Assembly (NCBI RefSeq): GCF_036588685.1
Contig: NC_086380.1
Location: forward strand, 38,564,001-38,628,000
Reading direction: 5' to 3'
DNA from: Mytilus trossulus
Taxonomy: Eukaryota
DNA: 64,000 nt
Shown in pieces: positions 37,342-49,843 of the stretch (position 1 is its first letter; each line of letters begins with the position of its first letter). Position numbers and translations under genes: made by a program. The notes below the pieces were generated by a model. That model had not been told where the DNA came from, did not search any database, and was given only the letters and a program-made list of their open reading frames with translations.

Positions 37342-38758
37342 ATGAGGACCAGATGCAGAGGAAGGGGTCGTGGTGGGCTTTGCAGAGGTCGCATAGTTAG
37401 TGTGGCGCCTGAGACTGAAACAACTAATACACAAGAAACAAATGAGCAAACACAAAATAGTGATACTGAACAGCCAGCTAATACCAATAAAGAGAAGCGC
37501 AAAAGAAGCAAGCCATTAGAAATACCACAAGAAAAGCAGGATGAGGTGGCAGATTGGTATAGAGAAAACGAACCTCTATACAACAAAGGTACATGTATTT
37601 ATTTGCTATAATTTAAAATATTAATACGGAGAATAAATGTCAAAAGATGTTAACCCCACCAGTAGACATAGATAAACTTACAGCATGGTCTTTATATTTA
37701 AAAATCAATGTGACCGATTTTTTTCTTCTCTTTCAGCTCATTATCAGTACAAAGATACTGCTCTCAAAAATACACGATGGCAAGCAAAAGCTAATGAGCT
37801 AGGGGTAGAGGATTGGAAGACTCTCAGGACATGGGTTGAGTCAATGAGATCTCAGCTCGGAAGACTGACACGAGAAGGCAATAAATCTGGTTCAGGCAGA
37901 AAAGATGATACTCAAAGAGACAAATGGATCAAAGAAAAAATTGGCTTCTTGGGTCCACATATTGCCAGAATAGAAACCAGAGGAGGAATAAACGTGTGCA
38001 ATACAGTTTTCTATTACTTAATATTTCAGTTCACTTTTTTTTACCTTTTATTGTTATTTCCTTTGTTGAATTTTGTTGATATTCTACGAAATTCATTTTA
38101 CAACTGTTTCATTTCAAACGTTTGACTTTATCTCGATATATCTTGTACGAATACAAAATAATGTTCCGATTATGTCTGAATATTTCAGCTGAAAGAGAAA
38201 CTCAAGGCAAAATACGGAACAGATGCTTGCGTCGATTCTCCCAGTGAACATGAGGACGAAGAGGAAAGTCAAGAAGACGATGAAAGAAGGTCAGTAACCA
38301 TTTACTTCTTTGTATAATTAGTTAAATTGAAACTATATCTTCACATCAGGACTTATTATAATGTTTTGGTCCGTCCGTCCGTCCATCACACTTACATTTG
38401 TAAATACTTTTCAGTTAAAAGTAATTGTATCGGATTGATTGTGCTTCCGGCATTTCTTGTTTTCTTGTTATGAGATAGGGTGTCAAGCCAGTCAAGGTCG
38501 TTCAAAACCCACCGTAGTAGTAGAGATAGTGTGTCTTTTTGTATTGTTTAGAACAAAAAATACAACTTTCATCGTTTTTTTTTTTTTTTTAGATCGCAAT
38601 GTAATCTTGAGGAGACGTCCAGCACAATAGATATTCCCTCTCCTATAGTTACAACAAAAACGAAAAAGAAATACCAGAAGATGCAATCTCCAGTTGAAAA
38701 AGACATCCAGGAAGCAATAAAACAGTCTTCTGAATTACAGAAACAATATTATACGTAG
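37342..38758 (+). CDS. MADF (Myb/SANT-like) protein, Harbinger accessory ORF, about 256 aa
   Basis: Exons 37342-37588, 37737-37993, 38189-38289 and 38593-38758 join in frame (771 nt). Motif WYRENEPLYNK.H..YKD...K...W...A.ELG.......W..SMR..LGRL....KSGSG.......W......FL.PHI. Confidence 0.8.
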
Positions 38759-39046
38759 AAGAAGGTAATCATGCGTAGTAATACGCATCGATACGTAATA
38801 ATGCCTAGAATAACGTGATGAAACCTATTAATGCGTACCATAAAGCGTAATATACCGTACAAAAACCTAATGCAACGTGGCAGATACGTACTTAAACGTA
38901 ATAACACCTAGTGATTATAATCAAATACGTTTTAGAACGTATCAGGTACGTTTCTAATACGCATTTCTACGTTCCTTCTACGTTTTACTGCGCTTTTCTA
39001 CGTTAGTACTACGTTTTCATTTTTAGTCACGTTTGTATTTTGCAGA

Positions 39047-40440
39047 CCAACACAACCGGCCCCTTAGAAATGTTACATAATTACTTATGTTTTGTTTTAA
39101 ATTGTATTTGATCAGTCAAAAAACGCCCTTAATGAAGATGATGCGAAGTATTTCAAGTTATTTGTTGAGATACATCAACTGAGACTTCATGGTAATGAAA
39201 ATGCTAAAACTGGTATGCTATACTCTGTACTTGTATATATTGTATTACACAGATCTGCAGCCGAAAAGGATATCAATTTGGACATTTTAACTGAAATGTA
39301 TAATAGCATTTATAAAAGTAGTCTTCCTTCTGAAACTGTTTCCACGGAAACGTGTCTAACGAATTTGGTACCAATTTGAAAGTATCTAGATCAGGTTGAT
39401 GATAAGTTTACACCATGCAGCATTAATGTTGTGAAGGCAGTTATATGCCTTTTTGGATATGAAAGCTGTGAATGCTTTATTTAAAATTGTAGTCTTGATG
39501 TTTTGTTGGATTATGTTGTGCAGAAAGGCACTTTTATCAAAGATTGCCATGTACCTGTTGAAGCATGCGCACTTGCACCAGCTCTGGTTAACAGAATGCA
39601 AAGCCATTCGGATGCTAGGTCTGTCGGAAAATACATATGCAAGTCTGTGGTCGTTCACAAAAATGTTGAAACTGCAGATTTGTTCATTGACACTGTGGAA
39701 AAAATAATGAACATTTCACATCAAACCATATGATTAATCTTTTGGATGGTCTAACAAAAAATGGAAACACATTTTCAATATTTGAAAAAGTAGAAAAGTT
39801 GTTTAACTTATTTTGTCGTCAAGTTGACAAATTCGGAAACACGGTTTTTCATTATTTTGTCACTCGAATTTCTGAATCAAAGACTTTCCTTTCATACATC
39901 AAGTTTTTCTGTGAAAATAATATTGTAGTGATGCTTCTAGAAAATAATTACGACCACAATGCATTAGACTTTGCATCGTATCAAGGTAGGTATGACGTTA
40001 TTGAAAACTTTAATCAAAAACGTTGAGAGAACAGATGACATGGACGCCAGAATACTAACCATGGTGAAAAAGGGGTTGATTTAATACAGTATTTAAATTC
40101 GTCTAAATCCGAACTGAAATCTGATCTGAAGAATTAAACTTTAAGTGGGAGTCGAGATTATATAAACATTTGTAATTTGATAAGAAAAGAGGAAAATATA
40201 TGTTTACTTGTTGATAATACTTATGACGAAGAAGAGAAAAGTTCACCTATTTAAAGAAGAGACAAAACGTTCCCTAATAAAGAAGAGAAAAATATCCCGA
40301 CAAAAATTGAAAAAGAAGATGAGACGCGAAAAACTGTTGAAGAAGAAATAATTTGTTTGGTAACAGAAATCAAAAAGGGCCTTGACGTTGTTGCTAATAT
40401 TACCAAAATCATTAAAACAATTCATCTTGGAGACAAAAAT
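39047..40440 (+). pseudogene. Frameshifted relic of an ankyrin-repeat-containing gene
   Basis: Overlapping broken ORFs (39453-40026) with ankyrin-like DKFGNTVFHY and NNYDHNALDFASYQGRYDVIE, plus multiple stops and frameshifts. Confidence 0.5.
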
Positions 40441-41626
40441 TAATAACGTGTAAGATTTACATTGCTAAATTACTGAAACCTCATTAAAAAGGATGATGAG
40501 AACGTGCTGATTGTATTTTTTCGCCGACTCTGATGTCAACTGTGAAATTCAACTTAATTCAATTTAAGTGCACTGAAAGCTTTTCAAAAGAAACCAAAAT
40601 TAAATATTATCGAGATAAGCATCTATTGGTCAACGTTCAGCCTTCAACAATTGGAATTATCAAAACTGTCGAGTCAGTTATTATAAGTCCCGATAAGTAT
40701 GAGAGACATAACCAGCCAGACAACGTCATCCACTGAATCAGAGGTTCCTGTTATTTGGACGGGGTTTTGTCTCTCTGGCACATTTCCCGTTTCCATTCTC
40801 AATTTATTGCTTGCAAAAATTAATCCTACCTTATCTTAAGACTGTGGTGTTACAACAGAACATTAGCACAACCCGCGAAAATCATTTATAAATGACTTGA
40901 CTCATTTAATATACAAGAGAGGGTGAAAGATACTAGAGGGACAGTCAAACTCATAGATCGAAAATAAACTGACAAAACCATGGCTAAAAAAGAAAGAGAC
41001 AAATCGACAAATAAAAGTACACAAGAAACAACATAGAAAACTAAAGACTTAGCAACCCTACCAAAAACTGGGGGATCTCAGGTGCTCCGGAAGGGTAAGC
41101 AGATTCGTCTCTACAAGTGGTAGTCATCGTAGTCACAAAATGCTCAACGCAACAAAGATAATTAAAAGATTGATGACACAATTCTATTAATCGCAATTAC
41201 TGCAAGCTTGTTCAAAACCAATTACAACTAATATATAAATGATGTCATCAGACTTAAATATCAATCAGTACACATCCAATGGTTTAAGTGTAAAGACGTC
41301 TTGAACAAATATATTTCTTATTTCTCCTTCTTTGTGCTTGTTTGTTTGATGTTGACTGTTTGCTAAGCAGACATCTCAACTGTAACTGCTTAATTTATAC
41401 AAGAATAAAAAGTAATCTATTCTAATATGAAGATTGTTTCCACCATTTTAAAAAGCGAAATATCAATTAAAATGTAAGACGTGTTACGTGTCAGTAGTTT
41501 TTGTCATTTGATATACTCGCTTTGTTTCAAACTGTTATTTTAAACTCCTTTTGATTCAATCAATTGTACATAAATGGTGCATGCGTGATTTTACTATTTA
41601 GTCGAATGTTATACTTTAATTTAAAA

Positions 41627-41870
41627 ATGTCGACAGCAAATTTTATACGATCTGAACAAACCAATGGTTGTTTTCTTTGTACTAAAAAGATTATACAATT
41701 TAGATGCACTGACTGTGATATTCTTATATGTCAGGAATGCAAGAGGAAACATTTAAAAATCAAAAATTCAAATGAACATAATATAACACGTGTTACAGGA
41801 TGGGAGAGGCGTCAACAACCATGAGTTTCTAAAATATCCGAGCAAGTCGAGTGTCGTTACATTTTAAAGA
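41627..41870 (+). pseudogene. B-box (TRIM-like) gene fragment
   Basis: CFLC.....FRCTDCDILICQECKRKHLKIKNSNEHNI is a typical N-terminal B-box. The frame closes at 41824 and no coiled-coil or NHL continuation is visible. Confidence 0.7.
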
Positions 41871-43263
41871 GTCGCTTGAAAGTGCTTTTAGCAATGATTG
41901 GATTTTTACAGAAATTAATTACGTGGAAGTCAACTTTTTATTCATGAAAACTATTCTCTTTCAATAATAGAGATGAATAGATTCCTGTGAAAATTTGCGT
42001 TTTTGCTTCCAGTTATATCTGTGCTAATATCAAATCTACTTTTAAGTGCGCGTTTTCTCTTGTTTTCTACTTGGAGGAGTTCCTCAACAAGTTTACTTGT
42101 CAAATATAAACCCGTGTGCTCTCAGATTTGTACAGAAATATAATTGTTCATGTTTATCTTCATGGATACTCGTCATGTACATGGATTGTGTTGTCACATT
42201 TTGGATTGTATATATTCTATTAGAAACAATAGTAAAACGGAATTAGCAAAGCAGATGCATAATGCCTTATGTTCCAGTGGTGATATTTTCGTAGTTGAGT
42301 TTTAACACTGTCTGTAACATAATCATAAACTCAAAAAACAAAAAAAAAAACAAAAAAAATGTTTTTAATAGTTCGCTTTAAAAGTTATTTGTGCAGTTAT
42401 TCTTTGATTTAAATGTTTTGAAAGAAAAAACAAATCTACTATAATAAGACAATTACAGAATAAATTATAATAAATTTACTTATTGAGTGCAGCATCGTGA
42501 AGGTTTTAAGAAAGTTGCAAGTGCTTTGGCAAAGTACAAAGCAACTATTTTATTTTTAGACCGGCCTCGTTTACAAACTATTTTTGTTCTATGTAAATAA
42601 TATTTTTAAAAGTATTTTGTGTTTTCACATGCTATAGAACCAATGAATCACATTTAAGAGGAAATATGGATTGACCTACTGGGGAAAATGAACCAATTTG
42701 AAATATTGTTTTATCAATAATAATAACTTTAAAAATCCAGATATTTCAGTATTCAGGATTTTTTTAACTAACATTCTGCTACAGTGGTGTTCAATATCTA
42801 GCTATAGGCAGACTTAGTGTCGTAATAATATATTAAAATACAAGTAAGAATCTCAATTACACAAAAGTCATCCTTTGTGACAATATCTGTTTAATTACGC
42901 GATTAAATACGTTATTTTCCAAGATTATCTTCAAGTCATTTAAAAACAATGTCAAAAGTAAAGGTAACATTTTTTGAACTCGTCCAACCTCTATGTCCCG
43001 GGCAAATTTGTGGTTGTGTTTGATTACATGGTTGTGTTTCATATTTAATTTAGAAATAAGGATATGTGTTATGATTCCATCCACCAGAGTTTAAACAAGT
43101 TGCTTTCTTTAAAAAAAGAAATGCAATCGTAAACCAAATGCTTGTTTGGCATTATATATATATATGTTAGATAATTGTTTAATAAAGATGTATTGTTTTA
43201 TATTACTTTTGTTGTGCATAAGAATTAGAAATTTAACTGACATTGCCTGTTCACTAAATGTAA

Positions 43264-44550
43264 TACCGGCTTCACACATCAACGTATCTAGATCCGACGT
43301 ACGTCGGCCGTGGTAAAAAATTTCATGCACGATACCAATACGCTATATTTAGATACATTCAACCTGTTAAATCATATATGTATCGTGTGCACAACGACCT
43401 TAAACGTGTATTGGGTGTGCGTAAAGTGTACCTATGCGTTTCTCCTAGTCTTTCTACATTCCCGACTGCAGGTCTGTCTATATGTGAATGTTTGTCAATA
43501 AGTCTGTCACTTTCGCCAGTCTGTTTACATGTTTACCAGTCCGTCTATGTCCACTGGTTCGTCTACATGTTCACTAGCTTTGAAATAGCTTTCGGTATTA
43601 AAGTGCGATTAATTCAGTTGTTTGTGTCTATTGTTTTTATGTAAGTGATTATTGTGCACCGTACCCATATTTTTAGGGACGCGAATTGCAACTGATATTT
43701 CACAGTTTTTTTCTTGCGATGTGTTGTCCTAGCCTTAAGGTTTGGTTCATTAGGGAGGGTTGGGTTTATGGCCCGGTGACCACATTGTTTATGTGCCAAT
43801 GTCCATTCTAAAGCCAGGAACATGTAGTACATTGGTTGTTGTTCATAATTCATGTTGGTCAAGTTTTTTTCGTAAATTATTTTGTTATCAATAAGGCTGT
43901 TCAGTTTAGTTTTATTTTTGTTTTTAAATCTTAATGGTCGGGGCATTTAATAGCCGACTAATAAATAGAGGGTTTTTTTCATATTTGGAGGCCGCTCGGT
44001 GGCACTTAAAGACTTACTACCACGTCATTGTAATTGTGATTGGTACTTGTATCATTAGTGCTGGACCATGGTCGATCCTTTGCACCTTTGAGGCAGGCGG
44101 GATATTTTTGTAGATCTTGTACAGCTCAAACTAATGGGAGTAGTGTACTTCTATGTCTAGTCCCATGTTGCATGGTTGGAGATGGTGTAATATCTTCTGT
44201 AGGTTTGATGAAGTTTCACCCGTATTGGACTTCTTCTCCTGAATGAAAGCATTAAGGCGACGAGTATTTTTGTATGCAATGTGCCCTTAACGTGTCTCAA
44301 ACTTATCTGTAGCGTTTTCAACGCTCGTGTAGCGTGTATTTTATGTACGTGCAGTTTACAGGCATACGATTGACAAACGCTTGAGCTGAATGAAATTTTT
44401 TATGTTCCATTAAAATTTTCCTGAAGGAAAAGCGTTCACCAAGCGTATACCTTTGCATTTCGACGTACTTCAAACTTATGGCACGCTGGTTGAAATGCTT
44501 GAGTAGCGTTCCTCTGGTGAGCAACTAAGTTACGCATACGATGATACGAA
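43264..44550 (-). mobile_element. Degenerate Harbinger-like MITE, same family as 54110-54807
   Basis: Starts TACCGGCTTCACACATCAACGTAT. 44445-44515 is the reverse complement of about 54198-54262. Confidence 0.6.
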
Positions 44551-45439
44551 CTTTGTTAATTTTCGTTTTTAACTGATTGATTTACATTGTCATTTCGGGG
44601 CCTTTTATATCCGACTATGCGGTACGTGCTTTGCCTGTTGTTGAAGGCCGTTCAGTGACCCATAGTTTGTATTTCTGTGTTATTTTGGTTTCTTGTAGAT
44701 AGTTGTCTCATTGACACCAAACCATATCTTCTTTTTTATATTCAATATCTTATCGCCGACCTGGTTAATAAGTCTGCTAAAAATGCATGCATGATTCATT
44801 TTTAGGTTATCAGTCGTAATGAAAGTGGCACATTTAATTCGTTGTTTCATTGCTTGAAGTATCATTTTTTATATCTGCATGGTCAAATGGGTTTTTTTTT
44901 ACAAATAAATTTTAGATTTAGATTTCAGTCACGGTTATACCCCCCCCCCCCCCCCCCCCCCTTCATATTGAACATCTATACTTATCAGTCGCATTTTAAT
45001 GACGAAAAGGATTCAGAGGTTGTTATGTAACCTCCTTGTTTTAAAAAAAAGTAAATAATGTTGCAATATTTAAACAAAGAAAATAACTTTAAATTTGCAA
45101 TATTAATGAAAATAAATACGGACATAACTTTCATAATTAATTTTAACGTTATTTTCAATAAAAATCCTCCTTTTTACACCTATAAAAACCCTCAGGGATT
45201 TACGCAATAAAGAGCATAGAAGCAATATAGGTTACTGCACGGACTTCAACAATGTGAAAAACCCATACCGTATTTATAATCGCACGAGAAGGAAAATGTT
45301 AGAAAAATCAAACGAGACTACAAATGAATTGTTTCAAAAAGTTTATTGTTATAAATTTAGCACTTATCAACCATTATATGATTCTCCATATAACAATATC
45401 AAATAATTATATACAATTACAAAATACATTGTCTTAGAT

Positions 45440-47706
45440 TTACAACACAGATCTCATTAATAGTCCGTTTGTGGTTATACTTTTCGGTCTGCAGTCATTA
45501 CCGTCCCGGAAGCTGTTTGATCGTGATCTTGGTGTACAGAATAGCAACTCAGGGTGATTCAGTGATATTTCTTGAATCTGAAAAAAACAGATAAAACAAA
45601 TTTGAATACAAATTGCTGGTTTTCAAAACAAACAAAAACATAGCCATATAACAAAATAAAGATAGCATGATTGTTTATTTTTTATAGGAAAGGCGAAGTC
45701 TTAAAAAGAAATTTATTAAAAGTATAATCGAAGTTTGAAAAGTTTTGTCAGATTTGTGGCTAGTTATTAATAAATAGCATTTACATTTTGAAATAATAAT
45801 AACATGTACAAATAAAAGAGAGAGTTGTCCGTACATGAATGAAATATTTGCCACTGAACATTGATCCATCATTCAATAAAAGAGAGACGAACAATGTGTA
45901 TAACAAGACTAAGAGAACTTAAATGATTATCAATAAAATATCTTTTTTTTTTATAATTTACCTCTTTGAAAAGATCATTTGTCAATTTACAATTGGAGTA
46001 CTCATTCGCTGAGGCAATAAGATCATGTACAAGATCAGGTCGGATACAACTGACAGCAAACTCCCAGCATGCATTCTTCAGACATTCCAACTCAAACTTT
46101 TCAGCAGCGTTCAATAGTCCTATACACAAATAAATTAATAGGGGTAATTAATATATTAACAGGTATTTAAACAGTTCAATTTTAAGATAAGAGTAATTTC
46201 TAAAACATTTTTTAGTTTTTGGAAGGCGAATATTTCAAATTTATATCGACTTAAAAACTGGTATTTTTCTGATAAATAACAAGTTTTGTTTATGGGATCA
46301 TATACACAAAACGTTCAAAGTACTGTTTCTTCCGTAAATCCGTAAAAAATATATTGACTTCGTGACTTATTCATGTTATTAGCAAAATCCATACAGGCTG
46401 ATATTTACTATAAATATCAAAATAATATATTTTAAAAAATCCAATAAAAATTTCAAAAATAAAAAAGTGTGCAGGTTTGGAAAAGTCTCCCCTGGCATAA
46501 AAACAAATCATTTTATAATACTAGCATATACAAACGCATTATTTTAATTAAAGAAGGAAAACGAGAAAAAGAAAATAGAAACACACAAAAAATGAAAAAA
46601 AATGAAAGGAAAAAAATATATCTTACCAACAACAGACAAGACGTCGACTGATACCATGCCACAGTGAATATAACGTACCAGTCTCTCAAATATACTTGGT
46701 TCAAACTCTTCTAGAACTATTGTCAACTTTCTTGAAATGGATGATTCTGGAGTTTGGTATGATGGTTTAGAGGTCAGCAGTTTACGAATTTCTTTCAATT
46801 TCTTCAAAAATCCTATTTTTTTCTGAGAAGCTTGTATTTTGATCTCCTTTTCTTTTGCAAGAATCATCATATAAAACAGTCTGCAATGGAACAAAAATTC
46901 AAATGTTAATTAATGAAATTTGCTAAAAAGTCAAATTATTTTTTTGCCAGTTTGTTTGTATCGTGGTAATGCCAGACTCTGTAACATTTGCCATTTACTA
47001 TGATAAAACACAGAAAACTTCTCAAATGGTTCTTATAAAAAAAAATTATTAAAAATTTAACATGGAAGAATTATGATGCAATATCTACTATTATAATAAA
47101 CGTTCGGTTACCTGCTCCTGGATGCTAGTATTGCTCTCAGTCCGTGGATTGGATATTGCTCGGGACCAACAAGGAACGTAACGTCGCATAGATCAGGTAC
47201 GGACAGAATATACTTTAAATCTTCACACAAAGCTTGCTTATCTTTCAAAACCATTAACTGTGATTCTTCTTCATCATAACAACAAGTGTAAAATTCATCT
47301 GAAACACCAAAGAAAAAAGAAATTGTAATTAATTTTAAACTATGTTACCGATAACAAAATACAATATTCAGTTTCTTAATTAATGTTTCAATATATTTTA
47401 TATTTTTCTGTAATTCAGCGATTTGAGTTTTGTTACCTAATTTATTCAGGTTTTCATAAACTTCAGCGTGCAATGATTCAACAATACATTTTTTTTTTGT
47501 AAATCATCAAATTAAATTTGATTTATATTTACCTAATATTTTTTTTGCATATAATTCAGCGTGCAATGATTCAACCAAAACTGCTTAAAAGATTGATATT
47601 TGCAAAAACTATATTAGAAAATGAGCAAGTTCATGAAATAAAATTATTTATCTATGTAAATTGATTGTACTTAGAACTAACCTTGAAAAGCGGGATTATG
47701 TGCCAT
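45440..47706 (-). CDS. BTB/POZ-domain protein (serine-enriched-protein-like), paralogue A, 253 aa
   Basis: Exons 47706-47682, 47298-47112, 46880-46627, 46119-45962 and 45577-45440; all GT-AG, 762 nt open. BTB motifs LCDVTFLVG..HGLRAILASRSR.FY and F..LVRYIHCG...GLLNAAEKFEL..LK.ACWEF. AATAAA at about 45342-45347. Confidence 0.93.
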
Positions 47707-47980
47707 TTTTCTGTGATTTTTCAGGTTCTTTCTGGGTTTTTTAAGATACAAATTAGTTTATGATATTGTAGGAAATATTAATATACTTATATTAGAAAGT
47801 TGTTTTTATAGTTAAGTAGATCCTATAGCGAGTAATGGTTTAGACTCAACTCTTTAATGACAACAAAAAGTCTAGAGTACTCAACTTTGATTTTACAATC
47901 AAAACAAGATATTGATTTTTTTTTTTAAGCAGATAAGTGTTTTTTTGTGTGTATATACGAATAGTTATATGAATTAAAAG

Positions 47981-49123
47981 TCAATTGTTCATGAACAATT
48001 GATAGGTCTTTCCTTTTTTCTTTTATTAATTGCCTTCTTAGTTAAAAAATATATGGTTTCTAAGGACTTTTATGTTCATAACAAGTGGTTGCTAAGGACA
48101 AAAATCATTCATAAGGATAAAAATATTACTGTTAGTATTAAAAATGTCATATGTACTATTCATAGTATTTAAAGTTAAAAAAAATAAGTGATTGTTAAGG
48201 ACTTATATGTCGTTGCTAGGGACAAAAATGTCATTTCCAGTATTAAAAATTTCATATTTATATTATCCATAGCCTTCTAAGTTCAAAAATATATGGTTGC
48301 TAAGGTGTTTCATGTCGTTGCTAGGGACTTGACCTCTGACCTTGACCTAACTTTGTAGATCTTATTATGCTGATCATTATTGCAATTCAAAGTTTCTTTC
48401 TATCTCTAACCACTTTTGGGTTATAAGCAAACAATCATCATTTCGGACCCCAAAAACAGTTTTGGTGCCCTAGTTCCATAACAGTTGGTCCAATGATTTT
48501 AAACCCAACATAACAAATGTAGATCTCAACAAGACACACATTTCCTCCCTTACATTTTATCAGCCATCTTTTACGGTTATTTAGGAAATGCGATAACAAG
48601 CTAAGGTCAAAATCTAGGTCATGACCTTGACCTTTGACTTTAGGTCAATTTTCATGTCCATGTCAATTAATGATCATTGGTGATGATCCTAGGTGGCTAC
48701 AATTTACAGTTTCTGAGTTTCAGTGGCCAACCGAAATTTGTTAATTTTCAAAGGGGCATAACCCTACCAATGAGTCGTTGAATCTTTTCGATTCAAATGT
48801 AACGAAGCACAAGGGTCTGTTCCTGAACAAATTCCACCCTTTGTTTTTTTTCTACCTATTATGGTTATGGAGTTAGAATGATAACAAGGTTTTTGGTGTT
48901 AGGGGAGATAACTCCTATAAAAGAAATGTTACGGGGTCGTGCCCTCACCACAAGATAGCTTTTGGTCAACCGATACTAAATACCTAATATCATTTCAACA
49001 TGTCGCGTACTTTTTTTGGGAAATTTCGTTAAAGTTTGGCGGAAAGAATAATAATAATAATAATAATAATAATCAGAAGAAAAACAGTAAGGTCTTTCCT
49101 TATAGAAAAAGGAAAGACCTTAA
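47981..49123 (-). mobile_element. Helentron/DINE-1-like non-autonomous element (HINE)
   Basis: One end has the hairpin TAAGGTCTTTCCTT...AAGGAAAGACCTTA (49088-49122) next to an (AAT)n microsatellite. The other end has a matching subTIR AGGTCTTTCC (48004-48013) and a perfect 22-bp palindrome (47981-48002). Internal GTTGCTA(A/G)GGAC and TGACCT repeats. Confidence 0.75.
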
Positions 49124-49843
49124 TGATTAAATAAACATGAAATAAAATTATGTTTCAATATCTCATGTGGAAATTACTGTTGGCAATAAAAACATAAAAC
49201 AGATTTTTTTTATATTGCATCATTGTTGTACAGTAGAATAAAATTGTTTTCAAATATAACAATTTGAAATCACAAGAAAACGAATGTAAAACATAATATT
49301 ACTTATGAATATCAACATAAAAGTAACTCTCACGTTCCTCACATCCGGGAAAAAAGAAGAAAACACAAATCAATTGCCTAAACAAAACTAAAAATAATCC
49401 TTTAACAAACCTTTTCAATTAATTTACCGTATTTGTACAAAATAATTTGTTCAGTAGTAGTCGTTTGTTGGTTCATAAGTGTTTCTCGTTTCTCATTTTT
49501 ATAGTCTAGTAGATTAGACTGTTGATTTTTCCGTTTTAGTGGTTTTAGACTAGTAATGGGCGGAGCCTATTATAGTTTGCTGTACGGCGTGAGCCAATGC
49601 TCCGTGTTGAAGACGTACTTTGGCCTATATTTTTTTTTTTTTACAAATTGTGACTTGGATGTAGAGTCAGTGGTCTCATTTGCACTCATACCACATCTTC
49701 TTATGAATATCTAAATATTTGGAGATGTAATTTTATAACGTGAGTATACATCTTTGAGACAGCAGACCAACGACAAAAAGAACATAATGACATCTGCAAT
49801 ATATAGTATTGATCGTTTGACACGTCAGGTATTTATACAATAT

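Larger units (their letters stand above)
34265..39030 (+). mobile_element. Harbinger-type element (left TIR present, right end eroded) carrying a MADF gene
   Basis: Starts TA|AGCCCTAGTCACACTGTC, with a second TIR-like start at about 34508. (T)ACGT-rich subterminal repeats at 34280-34750, 36790-36920 and 38750-39020. Confidence 0.7.
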
